Counted from the first letter of the stretch, positions 20,588-31,958 are shown. The stretch: 64,000 nt of DNA from Lysobacterales bacterium (GCA_022844165.1 JALHMH010000014.1:32001-96000); one strand, 5' to 3'. Notes: generated from the sequence alone by a model not told the origin. Program-made: numbers and translations.

Positions 20588-23494
20588 TCAGGCGCTCAGG
20601 CGAAGGAAGTCGGCGCTGACCGCAAGTCGTATCGCATCGAGACGTACGCGCGCGCCGGGAATAGCCGCTCTCAGTGCGGAGAGGGTTTGGGCAAAAGCGT
20701 CGATTTCGCTGTCGCGGATGCCCGGATTGACGCGCTTGAGAGCTCTGAGGCGTTCGAACTCTGCGCCAAGTTCGGTCTCTAGCCGTTCGCTGGCATTGGC
20801 GATCAGCGCCTGAGCCCGCGTACTGGCGATTTCTTCGGCGGCTTTTTTCATCGGTGGCACTAACGCGGTCAATATCGGCCGAAAGCGCGCCAAATCGACG
20901 GGTTTGTCGTCGCTGCGCGAAATGACCTGGGGCAAGGCGGTGTAATCGCGCGGCGCAAGTTTCGAATCGACGCTCACGGTGATGGGCGTCGGTGGCAGGT
21001 AACGTTCGACGTCGAGCCTGCGATCGGCAACACATTCGAGCAAGAACACCCCCGTGATCCAGGCAGAGCGTGCCGGCAAGGTCGGATCGACAAGAAAAGC
21101 CGCATTGCCGGTCTCGCCGCTGATCAGCAATTCCAATGCACCCGCGACCATCGGCTGATCGAGGCGCAACAGCGGCAGATCTTCGCGAGAGAGCGCAGTG
21201 TTACGATCGAATGTTGCCGTGATCGGTCCATCCGCCGGCCACGGGAATTCCTCGCTGGACAAGTACTCAGGATCAAGGCGATGCGTGCGTTGGCCGATAT
21301 CGTCGGTTTCGATGCCGAATTGTTCAAACAGCTTCAGCACAAAATCGTCGCAGGTCTGATCGGCGTCGGTTGATCCCAGCGCCGCCCGAAGCGAGGCACC
21401 TCGATCGCCAAAACGTGTTGCCAGTTCCAGTAAACGGTCGCGGCCACCGGCGATGGCGCGACTGAGCGATTGATGCGCTTCTCGCGTGTCTTCGATTAAC
21501 TGATCGAGTTGCGCCTTCGTTGAATCACCATCGGCATGGGCGCCCGCCAGATCGATCAGCCTTGGACCAAACCGCTTGTACAACTCGCGGCCATCGGCCG
21601 GGCTGGTTCGCAGCGCGTCGAGCGCCTCAACATACCAACGAGCAAGCACCTGCTGCGCCGTGCCCGGCAACACCGCATGGTGAATCGCAACATCCGTCGT
21701 TTGACCAATCCGATCGAGTCGGCCGATGCGCTGTTCAAGTACGTCAGGGTCGGCAGGTAAATCCCATAGCACCAGATGATGGGCGAACTGAAAGTTGCGT
21801 CCTTCAGATCCAATCTCCGACGCGAGCAATACGCGCGCACCATCTTCCTGGCTGAAGTACGCTGCGTTTCGGTCGCGTTGCGCCAAGGTCAGCCCTTCAT
21901 GGAACCGAGCTACACGCGCGCCACTCTTGAGCCGCAGCGCAGCCTCGAGCAGTTCGACTTTGGCCCGGGTACGGCAAATCAGCAAGATCTTCGCGGGTGC
22001 CAGCGAGTCGATCAGTGCCACCAGCCAAAGGAGGCGCGGGTCGCGCGTGAGCGCCAATACGGCCGGATGCACGGTCTCGGCCACTTCGTCGCTGTTGGTT
22101 GGCGAACTTGACAGCGGCACGGGAGCCGGGCGCAACCCAACATCGCTCTCGAATTCAGTGCGAAGTTCTGCCAAATATTTGTCTTGATCTTCGTGCGGCA
22201 GGTGCAGTGTCTCGATCATCGGCACGCGTTTTGGAAAGCCGCCGACGCTGATGCGCCGATTGCGATACATCACCCGCCCGGTACCGTGGCGATCGATGAG
22301 CGCTGCGAGCAATTTCTGACGGGTCGCTGTGTCGGGCTCGGCAACGATGGCCCTCGCTAATTCTGGCTCATCGCCAAGGGTCTTGCGCAAACTCGTGACC
22401 GTCTTGCCTGGAAGCGATGCCGCATCCAGCAATGCTTCAGCCAGATCGGAGATGCGCGCAAAGCTCTGCGATTCCTGTTCAAAACTCGCCAGGTCGTTGT
22501 ACCGGGCAGGATCCAATAGGCGCAAGCGCGCGAAGTGACCGCTGCGGCCCAATTGTTCCGGTGTTGCCGTGAGCAAAACTACGCTGGAGGCTTTGAAAGC
22601 GAGTTGTTCGACAAGCGCGTATTCAGGACTGATGTCATCCGACGACCACGCCAGATGGTGCGCCTCATCGACGATCAGCAGATCCCAATCGACATCGACC
22701 AGCTGCTGTGCACGTTTGCGGTTTTTGGTGAGAAAACCCAGATCCGTCAGCACCAGTTGATCGTCCTCAAACGGGTTGCGCTCGGCGCCGGCCTGATCGA
22801 TCGAGTCGGCACGCTCGGCATCGTAGATCGCAAACTTCAGATTGAAGCGGCGCAAAAGTTCGACAAACCACTGATAGACCAGCGCTTCTGGCACCAGAAC
22901 CAACGCACGCTGAGCGCGGCCGGTGGCGACCATGCGCGCAAGAATCAGACCTGCTTCTATGGTCTTTCCAAGGCCCACTTCGTCGGCCAACAGCACACGC
23001 GGTTGTGGTTGAGACAACGCTGCTTCGACTACCGCCAACTGGTGCTGCAGTAGCGAAATCCGCGCGCCGGCGATACCAAAGGCAGCACTGGAGCGCGCTG
23101 CGGCGCGACGACTGAGCGCTTCAACGCGTAGCGCAAATCGCGCATTGGTGTCGACCCGGCCGGCCGTCAGGCGCTCATCGGCTGCGCTGGCAGCTTGCAC
23201 GTCGTCCAACTGCGGTTCGGCGTACCAGGCATCGCCGCAGGCGTAATACATCAAACCTTCGCGCTCCTCGGCCGCTGTGACATCGAGCATTTTGCCCTCG
23301 ATGCTGATCTGGTCGCCAACCCGGAACTCCGCGCGCGAGAGCGGCGCGCTCGTCAAGGCGTAACGGCGCAACATGCCGGCTTTGGTGAACAGCAGTTCCA
23401 GTGAGCGTGCGTCGACTTTTTTGATCGTCCCCAGGCCCAGTTCGGGCTCGGCAGTGGAATACCAGCGTTGGCCGGCGACAAGTTTGAAGGCCAT
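20588..23494 (-). CDS. rapA: RNA polymerase-associated SWI2/SNF2 ATPase RapA (HepA)
   Basis: GQRWYSTAEPELGLG N-terminus, LLADEVGLGKTIEAG, DEAHHL, LLTATPEQLG, SEIGSEGRNFQ, EQRIGRLDRIGQ. Confidence 0.95.
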   Translation of the reverse strand: MAFKLVAGQRWYSTAEPELGLGTIKKVDARSLELLFTKAGMLRRYALTSAPLSRAEFRVGDQISIEGKMLDVTAAEEREGLMYYACGDAWYAEPQLDDVQAASAADERLTAGRVDTNARFALRVEALSRRAAARSSAAFGIAGARISLLQHQLAVVEAALSQPQPRVLLADEVGLGKTIEAGLILARMVATGRAQRALVLVPEALVYQWFVELLRRFNLKFAIYDAERADSIDQAGAERNPFEDDQLVLTDLGFLTKNRKRAQQLVDVDWDLLIVDEAHHLAWSSDDISPEYALVEQLAFKASSVVLLTATPEQLGRSGHFARLRLLDPARYNDLASFEQESQSFARISDLAEALLDAASLPGKTVTSLRKTLGDEPELARAIVAEPDTATRQKLLAALIDRHGTGRVMYRNRRISVGGFPKRVPMIETLHLPHEDQDKYLAELRTEFESDVGLRPAPVPLSSSPTNSDEVAETVHPAVLALTRDPRLLWLVALIDSLAPAKILLICRTRAKVELLEAALRLKSGARVARFHEGLTLAQRDRNAAYFSQEDGARVLLASEIGSEGRNFQFAHHLVLWDLPADPDVLEQRIGRLDRIGQTTDVAIHHAVLPGTAQQVLARWYVEALDALRTSPADGRELYKRFGPRLIDLAGAHADGDSTKAQLDQLIEDTREAHQSLSRAIAGGRDRLLELATRFGDRGASLRAALGSTDADQTCDDFVLKLFEQFGIETDDIGQRTHRLDPEYLSSEEFPWPADGPITATFDRNTALSREDLPLLRLDQPMVAGALELLISGETGNAAFLVDPTLPARSAWITGVFLLECVADRRLDVERYLPPTPITVSVDSKLAPRDYTALPQVISRSDDKPVDLARFRPILTALVPPMKKAAEEIASTRAQALIANASERLETELGAEFERLRALKRVNPGIRDSEIDAFAQTLSALRAAIPGARVRLDAIRLAVSADFLRLSA

Positions 23495-23623
23495 TTTGGC
23501 GATCCGAAGAAGAGGGGGAGGATTATGCGGCTGGTTGGTACAGATTGTTGCTCCGCCAGGCGCCAGGCAAACCGCGTTGGACCGGCGTGCATGGTCCAGC
23601 CTCCCTGCGCTCATCGAGCTGCA

Positions 23624-24079
23624 TCAGTCGCGACCGCGGCGCGCGCGAAAGAACGTGCGCAGCTTCTCGCTGGCGATGTCGGCCAAAACGCCGACCTCTA
23701 CTTCGACCCGATGATTGTGGCGTGGATCAAGTAGTCCGTTAAAGACGCTATGCACTGCGCCGGTTTTAGGATCCGAAGCAGCGTAAACCAAGCGCCGGAC
23801 ACGCGCGTGGATCATCGCGCCGGTGCACATAAGGCATGGCTCCAATGTGCAATAGAGCGTGGCGTTAACCAACCGATGATTGCCAATCGCTCTACCGGCA
23901 GCGCGCATGGCGACAACCTCTGCATGAGCGCTCGGATCGTTATCGACGATGTTGCGATTGAATCCGCTGGCGACGAGTTCATCGCCTACAACAACCATTG
24001 CCGCGACCGGCACTTCGCCATGGCGTTCGGCTTCATCGGCAAGCGCCAGACAGCGCTGCATCCACTCGGTATCGGTCAT
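23624..24079 (-). CDS. tadA: tRNA adenosine(34) deaminase
   Basis: GEVPVAA, DPSAHAEV, LYCTLEPCLMCTGAMIHARV, FFRARR. Confidence 0.95.
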   Translation of the reverse strand: MTDTEWMQRCLALADEAERHGEVPVAAMVVVGDELVASGFNRNIVDNDPSAHAEVVAMRAAGRAIGNHRLVNATLYCTLEPCLMCTGAMIHARVRRLVYAASDPKTGAVHSVFNGLLDPRHNHRVEVEVGVLADIASEKLRTFFRARRGRD

Positions 24080-24143
24080 CTGCGTATGTTGCGTCGCAAG
24101 GCTGCGGTTGGGCTCGAGCAGTGGCTGCTCATCAAGTGCGCAC

Positions 24144-27100
24144 TCAGGCCGGCTCATAGTCGAGCACGGGTGCCAGCCAACGTTCGGCTTCACGCAACGG
24201 TACTCCTTTGCGGCGCGCATAGTCTTCAACTTGATCTTGCTTGATGCGGCCGACCACGAAGTATTGGCTTTGCGGGTGCGCAAAGTACAAGCCACTCACG
24301 GCAGCCGCCGGGTACATGGCATAACTCTCGGTCAACTCGATGCCGGTGTGCTTCTCTGCCTGGAGCAAGTCGAAAATCACGCGCTTTTCGGTGTGATCTG
24401 GACACGCTGGATAACCGGGCGCCGGCCGGATGCCGCGGTAGGTTTCGTCGATCAGAGCGCCATTGTCCAGTGATTCGTCGGCCGCATACCCCCAGAACTC
24501 TCGACGCACTCGTTCGTGCAAGCGCTCGGCGAAGGCCTCAGCGAGACGGTCGGCGAGTGCCTTCAGGAGGATTGCATTGTAGTCGTCGTGTGCGGCTTCG
24601 AAAGCCGCAACATGTTGTTCGATACCGATGCCTGCCGTCACTGCGAATGCGCCCACAAAGTCGCGCACGCCGCTGTTCGCCGGAGCGATGAAATCGGCGA
24701 GGCTGAAGTTCGGGCGGCCCGGCGGTTTATCGGCCTGTTGGCGCAGGCAGCTCAAAGTTGCGCGCAGATGACCGTGATCGTCGAGCACTTCGATATCGTC
24801 GCCAATGCGTTGCGCCGGCCATAGGCCGATCACACCGCGCGCGGTCAACCAGCGCTCGGCGACGATTCGATCGAGCATACGATCGGCATCGGCTTTAAGC
24901 TTGCGTGCCTCGGCGCCTACGACAGCATCGTCGAGAATAGCCGGATAGCGGCCGGCGAGTTCCCAAGTGGCGAAAAACGGCGTCCAGTCGATGTAGCGCC
25001 GAAGTTCCGACAGATCGTAGCTGTCGAACGACATGAGGCCGGTGAACGAGGGCGGGCATGGTGTGTATTCGCGCCAGTTGCCATCAAAGGCATTGCTTCG
25101 AGCTTGCTGAAGCGACACCAGGCGCTTGCCTGGGCCACGATCTTTGTGCCGTTCGCGAACCTCTGCATATTCGGCTTTGATGCCGGCGACGAAGCGGTCA
25201 CGCTCACCCACGCTGACAAGGTTCTGGGCTACGCCCACGGCGCGCGACGCATCCTTCACCCAGATCACGGGCGCGCTATAGTGAGGTTCGATTCTTAGCG
25301 CGGTATGCGCGCGCGACGTCGTGGCGCCTCCGATCAGTAATGGTTGCGTATTGCCCAGGCGTTGCATCTCTTTTGCCACATGGTGCATTTCATCCAGCGA
25401 CGGTGTGATCAGACCCGACAGTCCGATGATGTCGGCGCCGACCGCCCTGGCGGTTTCCAGAATCTTCGCCGCTGGCACCATGACGCCCAGGTCGATCACC
25501 TCGAAGTTGTTGCACGCAAGCACGACGCCCACGATATTCTTGCCGATGTCATGCACATCGCCCTTGACTGTGGCAAGCAGAATTTTGCCGTTGTTCTTGG
25601 CGACGTCGCCGGACCGGCGTTTCTCCTCTTCGATATACGGAATCAAGTAGGCGACCGCTTTTTTCATCACACGCGCGCTCTTGACGACCTGCGGCAAGAA
25701 CATCTTACCGGCGCCGAACAGATCGCCAACGGCGTTCATGCCTGACATCAATGGCCCTTCGATGACTTCGAGCGGCTTGGCAACGCGCTGGCGAGCCTGT
25801 TCGGCATCGATTTCGACGAACTCGTCGATGCCATGCACCAGCGCGTGCTCCAGGCGTTTACTCACATCCCACGCGCGCCACTCGACGTTTTCACGAGCGC
25901 CGTTCGTGGCACCCTTGGCGCCACTATATTTTGGCGCCAGCGCGATCAGTCGTTCGGTAGCATCGGCGCGGCGATTGAGCACCACGTCCTCAACGTGCTC
26001 GCGAAGCTCGTTCGGCAGATCATCGTAAATCGCCAATGCCCCCGCGTTGACGATCCCCATGTCCATGCCAGCGCGAATCGCGTGGTACAAGAATACCGAG
26101 TGGATCGCTTCGCGCACCGGATTGTTGCCACGAAAGGCGAAGGATACGTTCGATACGCCGCCGGACACATGGACCAGGGGCATCTCCGCTTTGATCTGGC
26201 GCACCGCTTCGATAAATGCGACAGCATAGTTGTTGTGCTCGTCAATTCCGGTTGCGATCGCCAGGATGTTGGGATCAAAGATGATGTCTTCGGGAGGGAA
26301 CCCGGCACGATCGGTCAGCAGTTTGTAAGAGCGCCGAACGATTTCCAGCTTGCGCTCAACGGTATCGGCCTGACCGATTTCGTCGAAGGCCATCACAACG
26401 ACCGCTGCGCCGTACTCGCGAATTTTGTGCGCATGCTCCAGGAATGCTGTCTCGCCTTCCTTGAGGCTGATCGAATTGACGATCGCCTTTCCTTGCGTGC
26501 ATTTGAGCCCGGCTTCGATGACGCTCCATTTGGAACTGTCGATCATCAACGGCACACGCGCGATGTCGGGTTCCGCAGCAATCAAATTCACATAGCGCGC
26601 CATCGCCGCTTCAGAATCGAGCAGGCCTTCGTCCATGTTGATGTCGATGATCTGCGCGCCGTTCTGCACTTGCTGTCGCGCAACCTCAACCGCTTCATCG
26701 AATCGGTCGTCTTTGATCAGTTTCTTAAACTGCGCCGAACCGGTGACGTTGGTGCGTTCGCCGACGTTGACGAAGTTTAACTCCGGCGTGATGACCAGCG
26801 GCTCCAGGCCGGACAGCCTCGTATGCGGCGTGAGTGTTGGTACTTGGCGAGGCGGCAGTTTCGCCACCGCCTCGGCGATTGCCCGGATATGGTCAGGGGT
26901 GGTGCCGCAGCAACCGCCGACGATATTCAGAAGGCCCGATCCAGCGAACTCAGAAAGGGTTGCCGCCATTTCCTCGGGTGTTTCATCGTATTCGCCGAAT
27001 GCATTCGGCAGGCCCGCATTCGGGTGCGTGCTGATCAGCGCGTCGGTCGTGCGCGACAGATCCTCAATGTATGGCCGCAATTCGCTGGCGCCGAGCGCAC

Positions 27101-27866
27101 AGTTGAGGCCTACGCTGAAGGGCAGGGCGTGGCGAATCGAATAGGCAAAAGCCTCTGCTGTCTGACCCGACAATGTACGCCCGGAGCGATCGGTAATCGT
27201 GCCGGAGATCATCACCGGTAAACGCCAGCCACGGCGGGCAAACACCTCGTCGATCGCGAACAGTGCCGCTTTCGCATTGAGCGTGTCGAAAATGGTCTCA
27301 ACCATGATGACCTGTGCGCCACCATCGATCAGTCCCTCAGTCGCTTCGCGATATGCGCTCTTCAGCTCGTCGAAACTGATGGCACGAAAACCTGGGTTGT
27401 TGACGTCCGGCGATATCGAAGCCGTGCGATTGGTCGGTCCGAGTACGCCAACACAGTAACGCGGCTTGTCTGGGGTGTCGTCGGATTTTCTGTCGCACAA
27501 TTGCCGGACCAATTTGGCCGCTGCAACATTGATGTCGTAAGTTGCCGACTCCAGCGCGTAGTCCGCCTGGCTGATACGTGTGGCATTAAAGCTATTGGTC
27601 TCGATCAGGTCCGCACCGGCATCCAGATAGGCTTGATGCGCCGCGGCAACGATGTTCGGTTGCGTGAGTACCAGCAGATCGTTATTGCCCTTCAGGTCGT
27701 GACCGTGGTGTTTGAAGCGATCGCCCCGATATCCCGATTCGTCGAGTTGATAGCGCTGCAACAGCGTCCCCATGCCGCCATCGAGAATCAGGATGCGGCG
27801 CTGTGCATCGTCGATCAGGCGCTGGCTTTGAGCGGGATGGCGAAACGGCAATAAGAGCATCGGCAC
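24144..27866 (-). CDS. metH: B12-dependent methionine synthase (full-length)
   Basis: [25 protein letters not shown]12-binding [15 protein letters not shown], activation domain [15 protein letters not shown]; start is GTG 27866 or ATG 27860. Confidence 0.97.
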   Translation of the reverse strand: MPMLLLPFRHPAQSQRLIDDAQRRILILDGGMGTLLQRYQLDESGYRGDRFKHHGHDLKGNNDLLVLTQPNIVAAAHQAYLDAGADLIETNSFNATRISQADYALESATYDINVAAAKLVRQLCDRKSDDTPDKPRYCVGVLGPTNRTASISPDVNNPGFRAISFDELKSAYREATEGLIDGGAQVIMVETIFDTLNAKAALFAIDEVFARRGWRLPVMISGTITDRSGRTLSGQTAEAFAYSIRHALPFSVGLNCALGASELRPYIEDLSRTTDALISTHPNAGLPNAFGEYDETPEEMAATLSEFAGSGLLNIVGGCCGTTPDHIRAIAEAVAKLPPRQVPTLTPHTRLSGLEPLVITPELNFVNVGERTNVTGSAQFKKLIKDDRFDEAVEVARQQVQNGAQIIDINMDEGLLDSEAAMARYVNLIAAEPDIARVPLMIDSSKWSVIEAGLKCTQGKAIVNSISLKEGETAFLEHAHKIREYGAAVVVMAFDEIGQADTVERKLEIVRRSYKLLTDRAGFPPEDIIFDPNILAIATGIDEHNNYAVAFIEAVRQIKAEMPLVHVSGGVSNVSFAFRGNNPVREAIHSVFLYHAIRAGMDMGIVNAGALAIYDDLPNELREHVEDVVLNRRADATERLIALAPKYSGAKGATNGARENVEWRAWDVSKRLEHALVHGIDEFVEIDAEQARQRVAKPLEVIEGPLMSGMNAVGDLFGAGKMFLPQVVKSARVMKKAVAYLIPYIEEEKRRSGDVAKNNGKILLATVKGDVHDIGKNIVGVVLACNNFEVIDLGVMVPAAKILETARAVGADIIGLSGLITPSLDEMHHVAKEMQRLGNTQPLLIGGATTSRAHTALRIEPHYSAPVIWVKDASRAVGVAQNLVSVGERDRFVAGIKAEYAEVRERHKDRGPGKRLVSLQQARSNAFDGNWREYTPCPPSFTGLMSFDSYDLSELRRYIDWTPFFATWELAGRYPAILDDAVVGAEARKLKADADRMLDRIVAERWLTARGVIGLWPAQRIGDDIEVLDDHGHLRATLSCLRQQADKPPGRPNFSLADFIAPANSGVRDFVGAFAVTAGIGIEQHVAAFEAAHDDYNAILLKALADRLAEAFAERLHERVRREFWGYAADESLDNGALIDETYRGIRPAPGYPACPDHTEKRVIFDLLQAEKHTGIELTESYAMYPAAAVSGLYFAHPQSQYFVVGRIKQDQVEDYARRKGVPLREAERWLAPVLDYEPA

Positions 27867-27868
27867 GA

Positions 27869-27888
27869 ATAGCCGTCTTTACGGCTGT
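27869..27888. promoter_or_regulatory. Palindromic operator upstream of metH, resembling tandem Met boxes
   Basis: AGCCGTCT-TTACGGCT (27871-27886) matches AGACGTCT at 7/8 and 5/8; AGCCGT/ACGGCT is a perfect inverted repeat. Confidence 0.55.
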
Positions 27889-27962
27889 AGTAATAAAGTG
27901 CGGGGAGCATAGCCGGATTTGTGTCGAGTACGTGCATGGTCGTAGCGCTCGCGGATCGAGTG

Positions 27963-28388
27963 TTAGTCCGGCGCGTCGATGCCACGGCTGACTCGAAACA
28001 CGTGTCCGTCTGGATGCCGCAGGTGCATTTCACGCACGCCCCACTCCATATCCGTCGGTGGCCAGACGATGTCCAGACCCGCCTCAGTGCACGCTGCATA
28101 GACGGCGTCGACGTCGTCCACCCAAACCGACATCCACACGCCCTTGTCGGCGGCATCGTCGCCATCGGCACCAAAGGTGCTCGCGACACCACTGTTGCCG
28201 CGGCCACCCTGGCCATCAAGGCACAAGAAGATCTCGACATTTCCTGCGTACACGCTGCCAAAGCTCGGTGGTTCGCCCCAGCAGAAGCCACGTGCCCAGC
28301 CCCATTTCCCGAACCATACGAAACTGGTCCCAAGGTCCGAAACGTTCAGGATTGGAGTCGTTCGATGGACGACGATCTTACTGCTCAC
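27963..28388 (-). CDS. VOC/glyoxalase (bleomycin-resistance-like) family protein
   Basis: TPILNVSDL...WVDDVDAVY...PPTDMEWGVREMHLRHPDGHVFRV; GTG after GAGGA. Confidence 0.85.
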   Translation of the reverse strand: MSSKIVVHRTTPILNVSDLGTSFVWFGKWGWARGFCWGEPPSFGSVYAGNVEIFLCLDGQGGRGNSGVASTFGADGDDAADKGVWMSVWVDDVDAVYAACTEAGLDIVWPPTDMEWGVREMHLRHPDGHVFRVSRGIDAPD

Positions 28389-28481
28389 AGGCTTGTGTTC
28401 CTCATCGATACTGGCGTCGGGATTATGGCTGCAAGGGTTGAAGCGGTGCGCCGCGCAGGTCTCGCGGTGCACAGCGAGACC

Positions 28482-29072
28482 TCAGGGGTGCTGGCCGCGC
28501 CGGCGCATCCATCCGGCGATGCTGTAGCGATCAACCTGGGTCGGCAACACCTCGTGCTCAAGTTCGGCGCTCAGAAAGAGGATCAGGCGACCAGCAAGCG
28601 GTTCGATATCGATCGGATCGGCATTGGCCGGGAAAATTCGCAGTTCGCCGCCGTCGCCTTTCTTCCAGCACGGGTTCAAGTAAAGCACCGACGAGATGAT
28701 CCGCGCGTCGTCGTCGCGGAAACGATCCAGGTGGCGGTCATAGCCGCCACCAGGCGGGTAGTGCGAAAAATGCGCTTCGAGTTCTGCGATACCCAAAAAC
28801 CACTGCCGATTCAGCTCCGTGCGGATGCCCTGCATACGTTGGAAATAGGAGCGCACACTGGGTGTTGGATCGTCCGGCTCCAGCCACAAGATCTGATCAG
28901 ACCGAACACGTCGGGCCAGCTGGGCGCCGGCGCCGCGACCGACGCCGGCCGCCCGCAGTTCGTTACGCCGACCCGCTTCCAACGCACATTCGTGCAACGC
29001 GGCGATCGTCGACGCATCGAGAGCGCCGTCAAGAACGACGTGCTGATGCGCTTCAAGGTCCGTAAACCACAT
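28482..29072 (-). CDS. 2OG-Fe(II) oxygenase, prolyl 4-hydroxylase-like
   Basis: RSDQILW, HYPPGGGYDRHLD (HxD), YLN, GGELRI, HEVLP, RYSIAGW. Confidence 0.88.
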   Translation of the reverse strand: MWFTDLEAHQHVVLDGALDASTIAALHECALEAGRRNELRAAGVGRGAGAQLARRVRSDQILWLEPDDPTPSVRSYFQRMQGIRTELNRQWFLGIAELEAHFSHYPPGGGYDRHLDRFRDDDARIISSVLYLNPCWKKGDGGELRIFPANADPIDIEPLAGRLILFLSAELEHEVLPTQVDRYSIAGWMRRRGQHP

Positions 29073-29644
29073 CAGGAATGTGGCTCGCCGAGCAGGTTGA
29101 ACTGCAAGAAGTACAAGCCAGCGTAGACTTTGGGGTCGATCGCGAATCCGGCGTGCATCTTTTCCAGCACGAATGCAGCAATCTCTGAACGCGGAACCTC
29201 GTGCACGGTGATGTTTTCCGTGCTGTCGCCGCCGCCCGCGTGTACACGTCGCAGGTCGCTCGCGCGCACGAAGTGCATGATTTCGGTGGTCATGCCGGCA
29301 CTGCTTGGCCCGGCCATGATGCTCTCAACACTTCGCGCTTCCCAGCCGGTTTCTTCCAGTAACTCGCGTCTGGCGCTATCGGACCACGACTCATCCGACG
29401 AGTCGACCAGATCGCCGACCAACCCGGCGGGAAACTCCAGAGTGCGAGCCTGAATCGGAATGCGATACTGCTCGACCATCAGGACCTTGTCTTCGGGCGT
29501 CAGCGCAATGATCACAACGGCACCTGCAGGATTGGTTCGCGCGGCGTATTCCCAACCGCCGCGGTGGTGCAGAGCAACGAAGCGGCCACGGTAAAGCGTT
29601 TCTTCCGCGGCAGCGTCTCGGGAACTAATGGGCTGAACAGTCAT
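29072..29644 (-). CDS. NUDIX hydrolase (ADP-ribose pyrophosphatase-like)
   Basis: VEQYRIPI..LEFPAGLVGD...ARRELLEETGW Nudix box. Confidence 0.9.
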   Translation of the reverse strand: MTVQPISSRDAAAEETLYRGRFVALHHRGGWEYAARTNPAGAVVIIALTPEDKVLMVEQYRIPIQARTLEFPAGLVGDLVDSSDESWSDSARRELLEETGWEARSVESIMAGPSSAGMTTEIMHFVRASDLRRVHAGGGDSTENITVHEVPRSEIAAFVLEKMHAGFAIDPKVYAGLYFLQFNLLGEPHS

Positions 29645-29742
29645 CGTAGGCGGGCTGCCATTTGTTGCGTTGGATCGCGATAATGCCTGCTACCAAGGAC
29701 GCTGTGGTTTTGGCGCCGATCACTTCTTCGATAAATTTGCCC

Positions 29743-31152
29743 ATGATGATCCGATCTTTGCTGACCGGCGCAATGTGTTTTACCGCATTGCTGCAACTCA
29801 ACACGCTCGGCGCGCAAGCTTTGCCCCGCGCTCCAAGCCCATTGCCCACCGACACTGAAGTCGAGCTCAGGAAGATCAACGATCTTGGTGTACTGATGCA
29901 GCGCGCTGAAAAGTGGCGATCAGAAGGCGATCTGCGGCGATACAGTTATGCGATCGAGCGGCTGGTGCAATTGCGCCCTTACAGCCCAAATTTCCAGTAC
30001 GCACTTGCCCAGGCGTATGCGCTGCGCGACGAAAAAACCAAAGCCTACGACACCCTGATCAAAATCCAGAAACAAGGCCTGGCGTTGAATCCCGACAAGG
30101 ACAGTGACTTTGACAAAGTCCGTACAACGCCGGTCTTCAAATACATCGTTGATAGCATCGTCGTCAACGAAACGCCTTGGGGCGAAGGCTCTGTCGTGAC
30201 CAATATTCAGAACGGTCCCGAACTGATCGAATCGGTGGTCTACGACAAGAAACGCGACCGTTTTCTGGCTGGGAGCGTGCGCACCGGTGCGGTTGTAGCG
30301 GTGGATCGCAGCGGTAAGACCACGCCGTTCGCCAGTCCTGCCACCACATCTGGCCTCAAGAGCGTGTTCGCGTTGGCGGTCGACGAGGCGCGCGGATTCT
30401 TGTGGGTAGGCACTGCCGGCGCACCGCAATTCAAGGGTTTTCGTCAAGTCGATCTTGGGACTGGCGCATTGCTCAAGTTTGAACTGGCCAGCGGTAAGCT
30501 GGTTGCGACGCACAAGCTGCCATTCACCGGCGTTCCCCGCGCTTTCGGGTCGATTGCAGTGGCAGGTGACGGCACCGTTTACGCCACTGATGCGATCAGC
30601 AACGTCGTCTACCAGGTCAAAGGCAATCTGTTTCGCGAGCTGTTTGCTGTCCCGGAGTCGACCAGCCTTCGTGGTTTGAGCGTCAGTCCCGATCATAAGT
30701 TCTTGTACTTCGCTGACTACGAACTCGGTCTGCGGGTTGCCGATCTGGGAAAGAGCGAAGTCCGTGAATTGTCGGTCGAAGGCCAGAATCTCGGTGGTAT
30801 CGACGGGTTGTACTATTTCGACAACCACTTGATTGCCATTCAAAACGGCACGGTGCCGACGCGTGTTATTCGCATCTCGGTCGACAAGGAAAAGGGCGTC
30901 CTGAAGGCGGTGCAGCCGCTGGAGGCAAACAAGGACCAAATGCCGTGGCCAACATTTGGTGCCGTCAGTGGCGACGACGTGTACTTCATTGCCAACAGTC
31001 AGCGCGATCTTTACGGTGCCGATGGGAAGCCCTTAGAGGGCACTTTCGTTGAGCCTCGCGCCATCTACAAGGTCAATGCGCGATTCGCGTGGGCCAAGGA
31101 TGAAGCGGGCGTTCACGCGCCTTTGATCAAAGACGCCGAACCTGCGGGCTGA
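29743..31152 (+). CDS. Exported protein: N-terminal TPR-like helices plus SMP-30/gluconolactonase-like beta-propeller
   Basis: Signal peptide (..LGAQA), YALAQAYAL TPR-like segment, propeller blades ESVVYD, LAVDE..LWV, IAVAGDGTVYATD, GIDGLY. Confidence 0.65.
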   Translation: MMIRSLLTGAMCFTALLQLNTLGAQALPRAPSPLPTDTEVELRKINDLGVLMQRAEKWRSEGDLRRYSYAIERLVQLRPYSPNFQYALAQAYALRDEKTKAYDTLIKIQKQGLALNPDKDSDFDKVRTTPVFKYIVDSIVVNETPWGEGSVVTNIQNGPELIESVVYDKKRDRFLAGSVRTGAVVAVDRSGKTTPFASPATTSGLKSVFALAVDEARGFLWVGTAGAPQFKGFRQVDLGTGALLKFELASGKLVATHKLPFTGVPRAFGSIAVAGDGTVYATDAISNVVYQVKGNLFRELFAVPESTSLRGLSVSPDHKFLYFADYELGLRVADLGKSEVRELSVEGQNLGGIDGLYYFDNHLIAIQNGTVPTRVIRISVDKEKGVLKAVQPLEANKDQMPWPTFGAVSGDDVYFIANSQRDLYGADGKPLEGTFVEPRAIYKVNARFAWAKDEAGVHAPLIKDAEPAG

Positions 31153-31958
31153 TGGAAGGGTTGCTTCAAACCTTGAAGGGAGCGCTCACTGTGTATGCGA
31201 TTATTGTCGCGTACACGGCTGCATTTACCGTGCTCGAAATGGTGGTGCCGGCAGAGAAGCAACAAGGATGGCGCCGTCGCGTCTTCAACTTGCACTATCT
31301 GCTCTATTACCAGGTGATTCTGGCGTTTACCATGCCCGCGCTGGTCTCACTGGTGGTTGGACAGTTGATGAGAACCTACCCACAGGCGTTTGGGGTGCTG
31401 GACGGCAATACCTGGCATTTGGCGCTCTTCGTATTGGTGTATTTCCTCGCGTACGATTTTTTTTATTACTGGTTCCATCGTTGGCAACACACGTGGCCGC
31501 TGCTGTGGCGCCAACACATGCTGCATCACAGCGAGACGGCGTTGAATGCCACAACAGCTGGACGCCATCACTGGCTGGAGGAGCCAATCCGGGTGTTCAC
31601 GATGACGCTGCCGCTGGCCATTTTGTTTCCCGGTGAGCCGGTCGTAGCCGGCATTGGCGGTTTGGTCATTGGAGCCTGGGTATTTTTTATTCATGCCAAT
31701 CTGCGACTCCATCTGGGTCCGCTGACGCCAGTGATTGTCGGCCCGCAGCTACATCGGATCCACCATAGCGATCAACCGCAACATACAGACAAGAATTTCG
31801 GCGCGTTTTTTCCGATTTGGGACGTCCTCTTTGGCACATACTATGGACCCGCCAAGAACGAGTTCCCGACGACCGGGTTGCATGATGGTCGTCGTGTCGA
31901 CTCGGTGATCGAAGCGCTGTTGATGCCCTTCGGATATCGCGCTCGGAAGAAATCTTGA
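31152..31958 (+). CDS. Sterol desaturase / fatty acid hydroxylase family protein
   Basis: His boxes YWFHRWQH, HMLHHS, FIHAN, HRIHH, KNFG...WDVLFGT. Confidence 0.9.
   Translation: MEGLLQTLKGALTVYAIIVAYTAAFTVLEMVVPAEKQQGWRRRVFNLHYLLYYQVILAFTMPALVSLVVGQLMRTYPQAFGVLDGNTWHLALFVLVYFLAYDFFYYWFHRWQHTWPLLWRQHMLHHSETALNATTAGRHHWLEEPIRVFTMTLPLAILFPGEPVVAGIGGLVIGAWVFFIHANLRLHLGPLTPVIVGPQLHRIHHSDQPQHTDKNFGAFFPIWDVLFGTYYGPAKNEFPTTGLHDGRRVDSVIEALLMPFGYRARKKS

Noticed and set aside
20571-21035. N-terminal extensions in the ORF track (yggX 242 aa, alkA 356 aa, regulator 302 aa, nuoF from 52, tadA from 24295)
   Set aside because: The extensions overlap upstream genes; internal starts with RBS or stop-start coupling fit the family lengths
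27921-29126. 401-aa + strand ORF and other long antisense ORFs (e.g. 59833-61452, 9172-10149, 29920-30939)
   Set aside because: They lie opposite well-supported genes and carry no motifs; shadow ORFs are expected at high GC
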